DNA from: Octopus bimaculoides
Taxonomy: Eukaryota
Direction: 5' to 3'
DNA: 60,455 nucleotides
NCBI RefSeq assembly: GCF_001194135.2
Contig: NC_068984.1
Span: forward strand, 109,493,269 to 109,553,723
Below, in pieces: positions 12,653 to 24,660 of this stretch (positions are counted from its first letter, which is position 1; every line of letters begins with the position of its first letter). Below the pieces are notes generated by a model. It saw nothing but the letters and a program-made list of their open reading frames with translations, had not been told where the DNA came from and ran no database searches. The position numbers and the translations under genes are program-made.

Positions 12653-13054
12653 TTTTCTTTTATCTTCTATTGTTATTTATTTCAGTAATCAGAATGTGGC
12701 CATGCTGGGGCACCGTCTTCAAGAATCTTAGTTGTACTTATTATTTTTAACCTTGATACTTATTGTGTCAGTATCTTTGGATGAATCGCTACGTTACGAA
12801 GACGGAAACGCAGACGGAAACGCACCAAAATCGGTTGTGAAACGGTGGCGGGTGACAGAAATGCACGCGCACGCGCACACACACACTTATACACATTTGT
12901 ATGACAAGTTTCCTTCAGTTTCCATCTACTAAATCCACTCACAAGGCTTTGGTCGGTATGAGGTTATTGTTCAATACACTTACCCAAGATTCCACGCAGT
13001 GGGAATGAACGCAAAACTATATGGTTGGAAAGCAAACTTACCACGCAGCCACGC
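12653..13054 (-). mobile_element. SINE family A, old and diverged but CpG-retaining
   Basis: Retains ggccatgctggggcaccg, aatccactcacaaggctttggtcgg and ccacgcagtggga. Confidence 0.75.
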
Positions 13055-13104
13055 TAGCAGCTGTATGCTTACATACATACATGCATATATGATGATGATG
13101 AAAT

Positions 13105-13355
13105 CATCTCCACTCTGATAGATCATTTTGAAGATGAACGACAGAGGAAAGAGGAAGAGAAACGACAAGAAAGTGGAGCCTGCAACAACCAAAGCCTCCA
13201 CTACGAATCCCTTGTGACCTTTGCAACTGAAACTTCCATGCAGGAATCGGCCTCATTAGTAATCAGAGGCATAAACACGGACAAAGGGGAAGAAGTGGTC
13301 TAGAAGAAACCAAATAAATTATCAGAAACACGATAAAACGCCGCCGTCGACGACG
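13105..13355 (+). mobile_element. RTE-clade LINE 3' terminus remnant with C-terminal C2H2-like motif
   Basis: FEDERQRKEEEKRQ then, frameshifted, PCDLCN*NFHAGIGLISNQRHKH. This resembles the RTE C..C.R.F...IGL.SH.R.H end and is followed by a short gacgacga tail. Confidence 0.7.
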
Positions 13356-13564
13356 ATATATATATATATATATATATTCTTGCGCACGTCCTCACGTTCG
13401 TTATTTTTCTTCTTTTTTCATCCATTTATTTGAATTGACTATATNNNNNNNNNNNNNNNNNNNNNNNNNNNNNNNNNNNNNNNNNNNNNNNNNNNNNNNN
13501 NNNNNNNNNNNNNNNNNNNNNNNNNNNNNNNNNNNNATATATATATATATATATACATATATGC

Positions 13565-13955
13565 TTTGATTTTTCTCGCCTGAGAAAAATTTCTGCCTGG
13601 ATCAGAACAACCGTTGACTTGCTGTGTCCCCAAAACAGGTACCGAGAGTGATAAAGATCAAACATCCAGTCAACATCGTGGTGTTTGGAGTAATCTCTAG
13701 TGATGGCGACGTTATGCCGCCATTCATCTGCCCTCACGGAGGACTACATCAAGTGCCTGGAGAAAGTAGTACTGCTCTGGGTCAAGAAGGTGGTTGCTAG
13801 AAAACACGATATCTGGCAAAAAGACTCTGCACCAAGCTACACAAGCAGGAGAACCTAGTCATGGCTGTCAGACAATTTCTGCAACCACATCACCCCTAAC
13901 ATCTAGCCACCTAACCCCACCAGACTGCAACTCACCTTGATTATTATGTGAGCAC
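13565..13955 (+). mobile_element. Tc1/mariner DD37D (maT-type) transposase catalytic-domain remnant
   Basis: FFSPEKNFCLDQNNR*LAVSPKQVPRVIKIKHPVNIVVFGVISSDGDVMPPFICPHG / EDYIKCLEKVVLLWVKKVVARKHDIWQKDSAPSYTSRRT*SWLSDNFCNHITPNI*PPN / PDCN.LDYY. Counting across stops and a frameshift gives 37 residues between the 2nd and 3rd catalytic Asp. Confidence 0.85.
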
Positions 13956-13959
13956 AGGA

Positions 13960-14110
13960 CGTCACGAAACGTGTACAAGAAGAAAAATACGAAGTACGGG
14001 TACATGGAATATGAACTATTTTTTCAAACAACGAAAGACACAAATGGAAAATTAGACAAAAAACATAAAGAACGACCCTTCAATAGTTGTTGGCTGTTTT
14101 TCTACTCTCG
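13960..14110 (-). mobile_element. Penelope-like terminal repeat fragment (family of 2250-2440)
   Basis: Shared blocks with 2250-2440. Degenerate ctgatgaag (ctattgaag) on the minus strand. Confidence 0.35.
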
Positions 14111-14479
14111 TATTTCGAACATATATATACATATATTTTTATATATTTATATGTACATGAGTTCGTACATTTGTAAACATATACACGCTTCAATAATGAT
14201 TGCTATTTATGTTGAAAAACGTACAGAGATATATAGCAATTCCTTCTCATAGACGTAAATTCAACAGAAAGTCTACGTTTAAAGTCAAATATGTGTTACG
14301 TTGAAATGGTGATATAATGAGGCATATGCAAAGAAATATATATGAAAGCACACTGTTTCATGCAAATATAGTCATCGGTCCCTCCATCTGTCAAACCATC
14401 CATCTGTCCGTCTATTCATCCACACACACATATACATATGAATATACTTAAACACATGATAACATCGTGTTCATAAGCA

Positions 14480-14605
<126 letters not shown>

Positions 14606-15071
14606 CCTACCTACCTACCTACATACCTCACTACCTATCTACCTATCTATCTATCTATTGATAGGTNNNNNNNNNNNNNNNNNNNNNNNNNNNNNNNNNN
14701 NNNNNNNNNNNNNNNNNNNNNNNNNNNNNNNNNNNNNNNNNNNNNNNNNNNNNNNNNNNNNNNNNNNNNNNNNNNNNNNNNNNNNNNNNNNNNNNNNNNN
14801 NNNNNNNNNNNNNNNNNNNNNNNNNNNNNNNNNNNNNNNNNNNNNNNNNNNNNNNNNNNNNNNNNNNNNNNNNNNNNNNNNNNNNNNNNNNNNNNNNNNN
14901 NNNNNNNNNNNNNNNNNNCATGCAGGCACAATTCTACACAATTGTACACACGCACTATTCTACACATTTATTCATATTTACACGCCTCTATTCATACCTA
15001 CCTACATCACCTCGAAAGTTATTGAATCTCTTCTCTACATATCTGTATTCTCATACAGACGCATTGGCAAC

Positions 15072-15121
<50 letters not shown>

Positions 15122-17130
15122 CACCCATACACAAACACACCCACATATACCACACAGATACACACGCGTGCACACACAAACAAACAAGCAAACGAACAAA
15201 CATATACACACGCAGGCAGAAGCACGTATGGAAACACACTTAAATATCGTATCTCGTACAAAGGATATTTAGATAAGAGACAATGTTATTTAACCTGCAG
15301 GAACAATTTTCTATCTCCTTTCCTTTTTACCTATATTCATATAAATTTTTGGTTTATTAAATTGCTTTCTCTTTTACCATTTTCTTTTTTTTTCGGTATT
15401 TTTTTTTACATGTATTTCATTCATATCTTTTTCTTCGGTTTATAATTCTTCTTTTTCATAGAATATTATTTGCAATTTTTTCCTGCATTTCTATCTTTTT
15501 TACATTTTTACCAATTAATTCTCTCCTAAATGGCTTTATTTACTGTCTAATAACCTTATAAATTCAATATTACTTTCAATTTTTAGCACATACAGCCTGT
15601 ATAAATCTGCCCACGTGTATTTATCCAGATGAACACAGGCACTGAAACATACGCATATGAAAACATATACATGCACACATGCACAGATGCACAAACATAC
15701 ACGTGCACACATCGATGCCTTCGCTAGTCTATCAATGTATATAATAGATACATACATACATACATAAATATATATATATATATATATATANNNNNNNNNN
15801 NNNNNNNNNNNNNNNNNNNNNNNNNNNNNNNNNNNNNNNNNNNNNNNNNNNNNNNNNNNNNNNNNNNNNNNNNNNNNNNNNNNNNNNNNNNNNNNNNNNN
15901 NNNNNNNNNNNNNNNNNNNNNNNNNNNNNNNNNNNNNNNNNNNNNNNNNNNNNNNNNNNNNNNNNNNNNNNNNNNNNNNNNNNNNNNNNNNNNNNNNNNN
16001 NNNNNNNNNNNNNNNNNNNNNNNNNNNNNNNNNNNNNNNNNNNNNNNNNNNNNNNNNNNNNNNNNNNNNNNNNNNNNNNNNNNNNNNNNNNNNNNNNNNN
16101 NNNNNNNNNNNNNNNNNNNNNNNNNNNNNNNNNNNNNNNNNNNNNNNNNNNNNNNNNNNNNNNNNNNNNNNNNNNNNNNNNNNNNNNNNNNATATATAAA
16201 TTTGACATGGGCGATTCTTTCTTGTCTTGGGATTCACGATTAAACGGCTAGGTGGAATTGCACGAAAATTCACACAGATGTGTAGAATGATCTGGTGGTG
16301 ATGCTGGGCTTTGTATCTTTTTTTTATAGCTCCCATGGTTACCGAGATAATCTACTATAATAATACTCTTGTGTCTACGAATGAGAAAGGAAAGGGTGAT
16401 AGATGAATAAGGAAGGAAGGGGTGATGTCATACTTAGTAGTCGGATGATGAACACTTTACGCTGAAAAAATAAATCAAACAGCGTTTCAACTGTGTGTGT
16501 ATATATATGTGAGTATGTAAAAGGGGGCTATGTGAATGCGCGCGCGCGCTTCTGTGCGTGCGCGTGTGCGCACGCAATGAAAGTGGGAGGGTTCATCTTT
16601 GTTTGCTTAGTATTTGGATTTATTTTTTGATTTCGTTGAATCTTGGTTGGTTTTTTTTGTTTGTCAGTTATTTTTAGCGTTTTGACAGAAAAAAAGTAAT
16701 TCTAAAATTGTTTTTAACGTAAGCGTGCCCAAACATGTCGAATGCTTACACAGAACAGGTTTTACAGCCACATCATCAAAACCGACCGGGTGAAACCGAG
16801 CTTAGCTGCTAGTATATACATATACATATATATATATATATATATATACATGTGCGTATATATAGATATAGATACGTTTGTGTTTATATATATATATATA
16901 TATACCTACGCACATGCATATGTGTATGTGTTTATACAAAAACACACACACAGATATATGTATATATGCATGTATGTTTGTGTGTGTATATGTATGTATA
17001 TATGTATGTATGTGTATGTATTTAGGAAAGAGAGAGCAAGAAGATCAATATAGAAAGACTAGAGAAACAGAAATATCAGACCGAGCTAGTATAAAGAAGA
17101 TAAATGGATGACCGACAACATAAAAGATAG

Positions 17131-17508
17131 TAGAAGAAGAAGAAGAAGAAGAAGAAGAAGAAGAAGGAGGAGGAGGAGGAGGAGGAGGGGAAGAAGAAGA
17201 AGAAGAAGAAGGAGGAGGAGGAGAAGAAGAAGAAGAAGAAGAAGAAGAAGGAGGAGGAGGAGTAAAAGGAGGTGTAGGAGGAAAAAAGAGGAGAAAAAGA
17301 AGAAAAAGAAGAAAAAGAAGAAGGAGGGGAGGAGAAGGAGAAGAAGAAGAAGAAGAAGAAGAAGAAGGAGGAGTAAAAGGAGGAGGAGGAGGAGGAAAAA
17401 GGAGGAGAAAAAGAAGAAGAAGAAGAAAAAGAAAAAGAAGAGTAAGGAGGAGGAGGAGAAGGAGGAGATGGAGAAGGAGGAGAAGGAGAAGGAGAAGGAG
17501 AAGGAGGA

Positions 17509-17593
<85 letters not shown>

Positions 17594-17597
17594 AAAT
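17131..17597. repeat. Compound purine-rich triplet microsatellite (GAA/GGA/AAT)
   Basis: Read directly. The poly-R/K/N and poly-L/I/P/S ORFs are translations of it. Confidence 0.95.
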
Positions 17598-17678
17598 ACT
17601 TGATGAAGTGTTGTGGCGTATCTCAGTAAATTTAGATCGTGAAAATTTGAAATATAAAACATTAAGAAATTAATTCAG

Positions 17679-17786
17679 CCATATCCAGCACAGAAGCAAA
17701 GTACGACGTCCAAGAAACGGAAGAATGCTTCAAAACTTCCTTCGTCTATTTGCCACTCTCCAGCGACTCCACAACTCCTTCCATAC
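17679..17786 (+). other. Candidate 108-bp internal exon (unconfirmed)
   Basis: attcag| acceptor with weak polypyrimidine, and a strong c|gtaagg donor. Length is a multiple of 3. Two frames are open (AISSTEAKYDVQETEECFKTSFVYLPLSSDSTTPSI or HIQHRSKVRRPRNGRMLQNFLRLFATLQRLHNSFH). No homology recognised. Confidence 0.25.
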
Positions 17787-18534
17787 GTAAGGCTGTTTAT
17801 CCTGAATGGTTAGATATACTGCTGGCTCCTTCAAGCGAATGTTACATTGCCGGCACTGTTTCGTTACTGCCTATCTGAATTAATGAATGTCTCCGCAAAT
17901 GGTTGACGTTTTAAACGAATTAATAAATGAATGAATGAATAAATGAAAAAATAAATAAAGACTCCTTTAAAATGCAGGAACATGAATAAGGGAATCGAGA
18001 GGAAAGTAAGCACTGTATAACTAGCGAACGAAAATGAACCGATTTATCAGCTCCACGAGTTTGTAAATATTCAACGAGTGGTCAACAAGATGCAGTTGAG
18101 ACTCAACTTTTTAACGGGGTGTTTCAATATACTTTATCGATTAGGTGGAAAAAAAATTATGCAACAAAAACTTCGATGTGCGCCTGCACGAATTTAATAT
18201 CACAGTATTTTGTTTCGATGCATTTGGTTCCAAGAATAAAATGAAGAATTTTTCACTCAACACAAAGAGCAAATCATTCTTAAGTGCTCTGAATCACGTA
18301 TCTGCAGTCATAATCGTAGACAGTTCAGTGGAGTTTTAGAAGGGAACTGGGTTGGATTTGTTTAAAATCAAAATGGTCATAGATAAAGAATTGGAAAATA
18401 TTTTCTTGCTATCTTAAAGAAATCTGCTCATAAAAACGCATATTGAATATATTCCCAGGGAATCTAGTGATAATTTATGAACGGTTTAATTCATTAACTG
18501 AAACCGATATCATCTGAACTTTTTCCCCTTGCAG

Positions 18535-18754
18535 CTATTCCACGATGATACGAGTTTTCTGTGAGCCATATGAGAACAAGGAGCCTATACAAAAGCAATG
18601 TTACAGAATGGAACCCCGAGAAAACACTGAAACATGTGTTGAGGCGGACATATCTACTAACTATTGGGTCTCGTTTCTTGCTCAAGATGCAAAATGCATG
18701 TACTCCAATATATTCAGATATTTCTTGGAACAACGCCCAACGGTGAAGCAGTAG
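18535..18754 (+). CDS. Candidate terminal exon encoding an unrecognised Cys-containing peptide
   Basis: Strong acceptor ctttttccccttgcag| at 18534. One long frame: YSTMIRVFCEPYENKEPIQKQCYRMEPRENTETCVEADISTNYWVSFLAQDAKCMYSNIFRYFLEQRPTVKQ*. Normal-complexity sequence, no family recognised. Confidence 0.3.
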
Positions 18755-19020
18755 TACAGAACAGAATCGATGGAGGTGCCAGGCACTTCCACGTGTTAAA
18801 AGTACAGCTTCATGTCATCTCATTTCTGATGGCAGAGTAGACCCTGAAATCTTCCGAGCAAATTTGTGAGACTTTATCACCCGCTCTCCAACTGCTTATT
18901 CCCGCACAACACTTGCGCACCTATCTAAGATATTAATTGCGTATCCTGCTTACATGGACGAGCAAGATGCTCATTAGAAAGCCTGCATGCATTTGATGAA
19001 ATTCAGCCTTTCAGCCTGTA

Positions 19021-19274
19021 GGCGATCTTTCGTTTTGACTCGAATCCTACTCAGTAATTTCCGTGAGCACGTTGTCTTGTCAACTGTCAGTTGACGTATC
19101 AAAGTGGAAAGAGAAAGCTAATGGGCTGTACGTGCGTGCGTGCTTGTTCCAGTGTGTGTGTTCTTGTGTGTGTGCGTGCTTGTTCCTCTGTGTGTGTGTG
19201 TGTGCGTGCGTGCTTCTTCCTGTGCATAAATACATAAAAAAAGAATAAGCACACACACAAGAACAAGCACGCAT

Positions 19275-19306
<32 letters not shown>

Positions 19307-19498
19307 ACACACATACATACACACACGCACGCACACACAGGAACAAGCACGCACACACAGGAACAAGCACGTACGTACAAACCATTAGATTTCTCTTTCC
19401 ACTTCGATACGTCAACTGACAGTTGACAAGACAACACGTGCTCACGGAAATTACCGAGTAGTCTGTTGACAGAATTCGAGTCGAAACGAAAGATCGCC
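19021..19498. mobile_element. Non-autonomous foldback DNA transposon (MITE) with long TIRs, GG termini and 8-bp TSD; Merlin-like
   Basis: Termini GGCGATCTTTCGTTT...AAACGAAAGATCGCC. The arms pair over about 120 bp of unique sequence plus CGTGCTTGTTCCT/TG subrepeats. Flanks are agcctgta (19013-19020) and agtctgta (19499-19506). Confidence 0.85.
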
Positions 19499-20398
19499 AG
19501 TCTGTATCAGGGTACGAAAAAAAACAACACCGCTCGCAAATCGCTACCGCCTCTCTGGCTGCTTATGTATATAGTCACCGTCTTACGATATATGAATCTA
19601 TGAAAATATTGCGTTCCTTTATATCCATTACTTTCCCAAGTATCCCTTCCACAACCACTCTATCTGGGCCAACAGAAAGACACGCAAGTCCTTGTAGTTA
19701 ATCAGAAGGAGAGCGAGCGAATGCATCTCGGAATAACAGAATTAACTGATGGTCACATCATCGATGTTTAAGTTCAATCTCTCGAGATTGCTCAACAGCT
19801 CCTCTTCCTTCTATGTCATTTATACACTTCACTCTTAGTGTGCGTGCAAAAAGATGAAGAAAACAACCTTGTTTCAAGGAGTGGCAATCTTAGACTTCAT
19901 GGAAGTTTATCATGGAAACTCCGATGTTTCTTTCAAGCCTTTCATATTTCAGATTCTCTCTAAAGTGCCCCATATTCAAGAGTTCTCTGAAGACTTCTGA
20001 TATTGTTGATGTCCGAAGTTCCTTCTGTTTTTTGTCTTTGAGAAAACTTTATTTTTAACACCTGTTATGTTTCTGCATTTTTAAAGAACGCCATTAACTC
20101 CTTGATGCCGTTTAGAAGAAACTGTGCCGACCTAAATACAAGACACACCCAAAACAGCATTTATTCAGTGAAATATACTCCCCTCAATAAACCAGAAAAT
20201 CAAAGCATTACACCCTCAACACACAATACAAGCAGCAACCCAACAAAAGACAACACCACACCTCAAGGAAAAAAGCTAATACAATAGAGTACCGGGAAGA
20301 GTTCGCACAAACCCATCAGCAGAAAAGAACACATAATGCTGCACACACCTCAGTAACACAGATGTGTAGCAGGTGATGCAGTAGAAATTTTCCTCAGT

Positions 20399-20717
20399 CT
20401 AGAAAAAATAAATAACTATGACGATCTGAAGTGGGAAATACGAAGGTTGTGGCCAATGAAGAGAGTAGACGTGATACTAATAGTAATTGGTGCACTTGGA
20501 GTTATCAGCACTCAACTGCCAGCATGGCTGAAAAAGATCGGTGCAAGTGTGAAGGTAGAACACCTACAAAAAAAAAAAAAAACAGCATTGCTTGGAACTG
20601 CAAGGATTCTTCGCAGGGTTTTTGAAGCATGACCAATAAACAAGTATCTCCTTAGTCTGCTGGTTGCGGACGGCTGACACTTTCCATCATACCCAGCAAA
20701 ATTATGTGTGAGTTCTC

Positions 20718-20777
<60 letters not shown>
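20399..20777 (+). mobile_element. R4/Dong-clade LINE 3' end (restriction-like endonuclease C-terminus, 3' UTR, (TAA)n tail)
   Basis: LEKINNYDDLKWEIRRLWPMKRVDVILIVIGALGVISTQLPAWLKKIGASVKVEHLQKKKKTALLGTARILRRVFEA* matches EK..KY.DL..EI.RLW......P.VIGALG...LQK.ALLGTARILR. Stop at 20630-20632, (AAT)n at 20722-20777. Confidence 0.85.
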
Positions 20778-20779
<2 letters not shown>

Positions 20780-20993
20780 GTTTCAAATTTTGCCAAAAAG
20801 GCAGCAATGTTGGGGGAGGGGATGAGTCAGTTACATCGATGCCAGTGTTCAACTGGTATTTATTTTATCGACTCCGAAAGTATGAAAGGCAAAGTCGATC
20901 GCGGCGGAATTTGAACGCAGAACGTGAAGACGAACGAAATTCCGTTAAGCATTTTGCCCGGCGTGCAAATGATTCTGCGAGCACGCCGCCTTT
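20778..20993 (-). mobile_element. SINE family B (aaatttgaaacc tail variant), tail-to-tail with the Dong element
   Basis: atgaaaggcaaagtcgat...ggaatttgaac.cagaacgt...aagcattttgcccggcgtgc...cgccgcctt. Confidence 0.85.
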
Positions 20994-21169
20994 GTGAGCG
21001 CAAATATTCCAAGGAATTTTGCTTTCACTAATTGTCCTCTGTTAGGCTCTCGTTCTATTAAGTGCAGCTTTCTACTATACATGTCATGTTCACAATCGTC
21101 GATGAATCCCAATCAGAGATTTTCTTCATATAGGTTATTGCCTATATTAGGTTCTAAATCAGGCCACTT

Positions 21170-21800
21170 TCGAGTGCTACTGGTAACGTGTCACCCAGTA
21201 CAACCTGTCACATGGTTGGTTGTCGGCGACTAAGCTGTCAAACCTGCCAAGCTTGCTTGGTGAGGAGGGTGATTTGGACACCCCGCAGCATGAAAAACAA
21301 AACCCGTCAAATGGTGGAGGGTCTTGTAAGAGTCAACGGCCATCCAGTAATGTGTATGTAGAGAAGTTAATCTCAATGACAAAAAGTCGCGGAGCCAGAG
21401 TCACTGTGAAGATATGGTGACCTTCACCATACCTTCACTGTGAAGGTATGGTGAGCACACCCCGCAGGATGAAAAACAAAACCCGTCAAATGGCGGAGGG
21501 TCTTGTAAGAGTCAACGGCCATCCAATAATGTGTATGTAGAGAAGTTAATCTCAATGACGAAAAGTCTCCGAGCCAGGGCCACTGTGAAGGTATGGTGAG
21601 CAGCATGGCAGATGTGAAGTTGGGCGTATTGATCTTCATTGGGTGAAACTACACGACACAATGTGCATGGAAGTACCTTTTCAGCCAACAGTCAATCAGT
21701 CAAAGGTGATTCAATCTAGTTACCAGATGACTGCCAGTTAATAATACCAGCGATTCATCAACTCACTTTAGCTACATGAAAGCACTATGGGGTTCTGGAA
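21170..21800 (+). mobile_element. Probable LINE 5' region (UTR and start of an APE-type endonuclease) containing a 143-bp direct duplication
   Basis: The duplication (21278-21420 and 21457-21599) is read directly. QLTLAT* at 21759-21779 resembles the L.L.TWNVR start of APE domains; this LINE assignment is weak. Confidence 0.4.
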
Positions 21801-22823
21801 CCTCATAGTGTCACTACTCGAAATTGGAGGACTAGTAGTGATAATGATGATAAAACCGTAGAAATCTGAAAAATTATTACCAAATTGTGAAACGTTATTG
21901 TTATGAGAATGTGACATTCGTATGGCGTTTAGATTTAACATATGCACCAGAGTGCTTTCAAAGAGAACAGGCTAATTTAGTCGGTAAAGACTGAAAATCA
22001 AAGTTAACAGATGCAGAAACCTAGAACGAAATATAGTTGACAGACTAAAAGTACCCCAAATACCGAAATTAAAATGAAGAATAAGCACCTTTGAAGTCTC
22101 AGTAAAATCTAAAGCTTTCATGCTGTAAAATGAAATATTGTATGAGGTAATGAAAAATTCGGAGACAAGAAAAACACAAAATCATTAAAATTTTTAAACA
22201 TCATCCCAAAACTCGTACACACGTCATGACGTCATGTGTATTCCAATGTTCAACGGAAGAAGATACCTTATACGTTTGCAATATAAAAACCATATTTATT
22301 GAAGAGCACAATCAGACAGCATTGAAGAAAACAAGATATTCTACAAGAAGAAGCTGCTAAACACGAGAAAAACAAAATGTTGAGCTCAATAAACATAGAA
22401 GTAGAATGCTATTTGGCGGAAATTGGTAGTTCACCCACAAATTCCCCAATAAGTGCAAAAAAAAATAGACAATACGCTAATCATGTATGCACGGGAGAAA
22501 GGACTGATACGACAAAACAACTTACATAATTTTATACAGAAACACACGTGTGCACATGGAAGTATGCATATATGTGTTAATATATGTATATATAGATACA
22601 CGAATATGTACTCATATACGCTTGTGTGCTTGTATGTATCTGTATAGGCATATAAGTGTGCATATGGCAGGTATATTTTGTGGCCATTAAATTTTATTTT
22701 ATTCTGAACATAAAAAACTAAATATCAGTGGAGACGGTAAACTTAAGCAATGTTGACTGTGACAGTTACATCTTAGTAAATTTATCTAGTTTTTTTTTCT
22801 TGTGCGTGCGCGTGTATGTGTGT

Positions 22824-22862
<39 letters not shown>

Positions 22863-23179
22863 ACTTTATGTAATTCGATGAGTGATATAACTTTATCGCA
22901 TGATCACATATATGCATTTCAACTGGCACACAAACGCACTCAACTAAACATATAAATGCCTTTGCACATATATGTATGTTTGTAGGATGTATGTTTATAA
23001 CGTATACACACACATATATATATATATATACATATATATACATACATACATATATGTAATATATGTAATGTAGATATGTTATATATACATATATATATAT
23101 ATATACACACACACACAAAAAAACAAACAATATATACATATGTATATATGTGTATATATGTATTAATCTATATATATAT

Positions 23180-23238
<59 letters not shown>

Positions 23239-23559
23239 ATGTATATGTACTTATATACATACTTAGATAAAACTTTTTAAGCAGACTTGATAACTATTTC
23301 CTCAATCTACTTTGCGATGATAGTAACAACTAAAACACCAACAGATCAACAAAGCGATCATGAGATGGTACAGTAAGGGTGATATTGTCTTTTTTTTTTT
23401 AGTGTGCCGCAGTCAGAACGACAACATTAGCCTAGTCCGAATTTCAGAAACAACATATAATATATATGGCAGACTAACAGTTGTAAATATATTAAACAAA
23501 TAGTGACTACAAGGAATGTATAAGAAAAGAATAAAAAAAATATATATATATCAGGAATA

Positions 23560-23575
23560 AGTATTAATGATTATA

Positions 23576-23608
<33 letters not shown>

Positions 23609-23764
23609 ATATAAATAATAATGATAGTAATAATACTACAACACTAACGATTATAACGACTGTTAAACAGAAGAAAGGACAACAACAACAACAAGAAAAA
23701 ACCTGCTGCATCTAAAAATATATTAGAAAAAATTAAAGATAACAGAAATTTAGAAAACCACCAT

Positions 23765-23806
<42 letters not shown>

Positions 23807-23873
23807 ATCGACCACATCAAATTATAGTAATAGTGATGACGATGATCATGATAATGATAATAACAATGATATA

Positions 23874-23905
<32 letters not shown>

Positions 23906-23943
23906 TGATGATGATGATAATAACAATAATAATAATAATAATA

Positions 23944-24022
<79 letters not shown>

Positions 24023-24030
24023 TGATGATG

Positions 24031-24061
<31 letters not shown>

Positions 24062-24090
24062 TGATGATGATAATAATAATAATAATAATA

Positions 24091-24122
<32 letters not shown>

Positions 24123-24261
24123 ANNNNNNNNNNNNNNNNNNNNNNNNNNNNNNNNNNNNNNNNNNNNNNNNNNNNNNNNNNNNNNNNNNNNNNNNNNNNN
24201 NNNNNNNNNNNNNNNNNNNNNAATGATGATGATGATGATGATGATGACGATGATGATGATG

Positions 24262-24335
<74 letters not shown>

Positions 24336-24393
24336 AATAATAATAATAATAATGATAATAATAATAATGATGATAATAATAATAATAATAATA

Positions 24394-24431
<38 letters not shown>

Positions 24432-24486
24432 AATAATAATAATGATAATAATAATAATGATGATAATCATAATAATAATAATAATA

Positions 24487-24541
<55 letters not shown>

Positions 24542-24561
24542 CGATACTAATAATAATGATG

Positions 24562-24619
<58 letters not shown>

Positions 24620-24660
24620 CGATGATGATGATGACAACAAGAACAAGAACAACGAGAAGA
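23560..24660. repeat. Compound (AAT)n/(GAT)n microsatellite field with internal gap
   Basis: Read directly. The poly-I/M ORFs are artefacts. Confidence 0.95.

Noticed and set aside
16538-16575. (GC)n/(GT)n alternating purine-pyrimidine tract, Z-DNA-prone
   Set aside because: Short and common in this genome context.
19800-20060. Protein-like minus-strand frame KQKELRTSTISEVFRELLNMGHFRENLKYERLERNIG
   Set aside because: Interrupted by stops, with no splice signals or family recognised.
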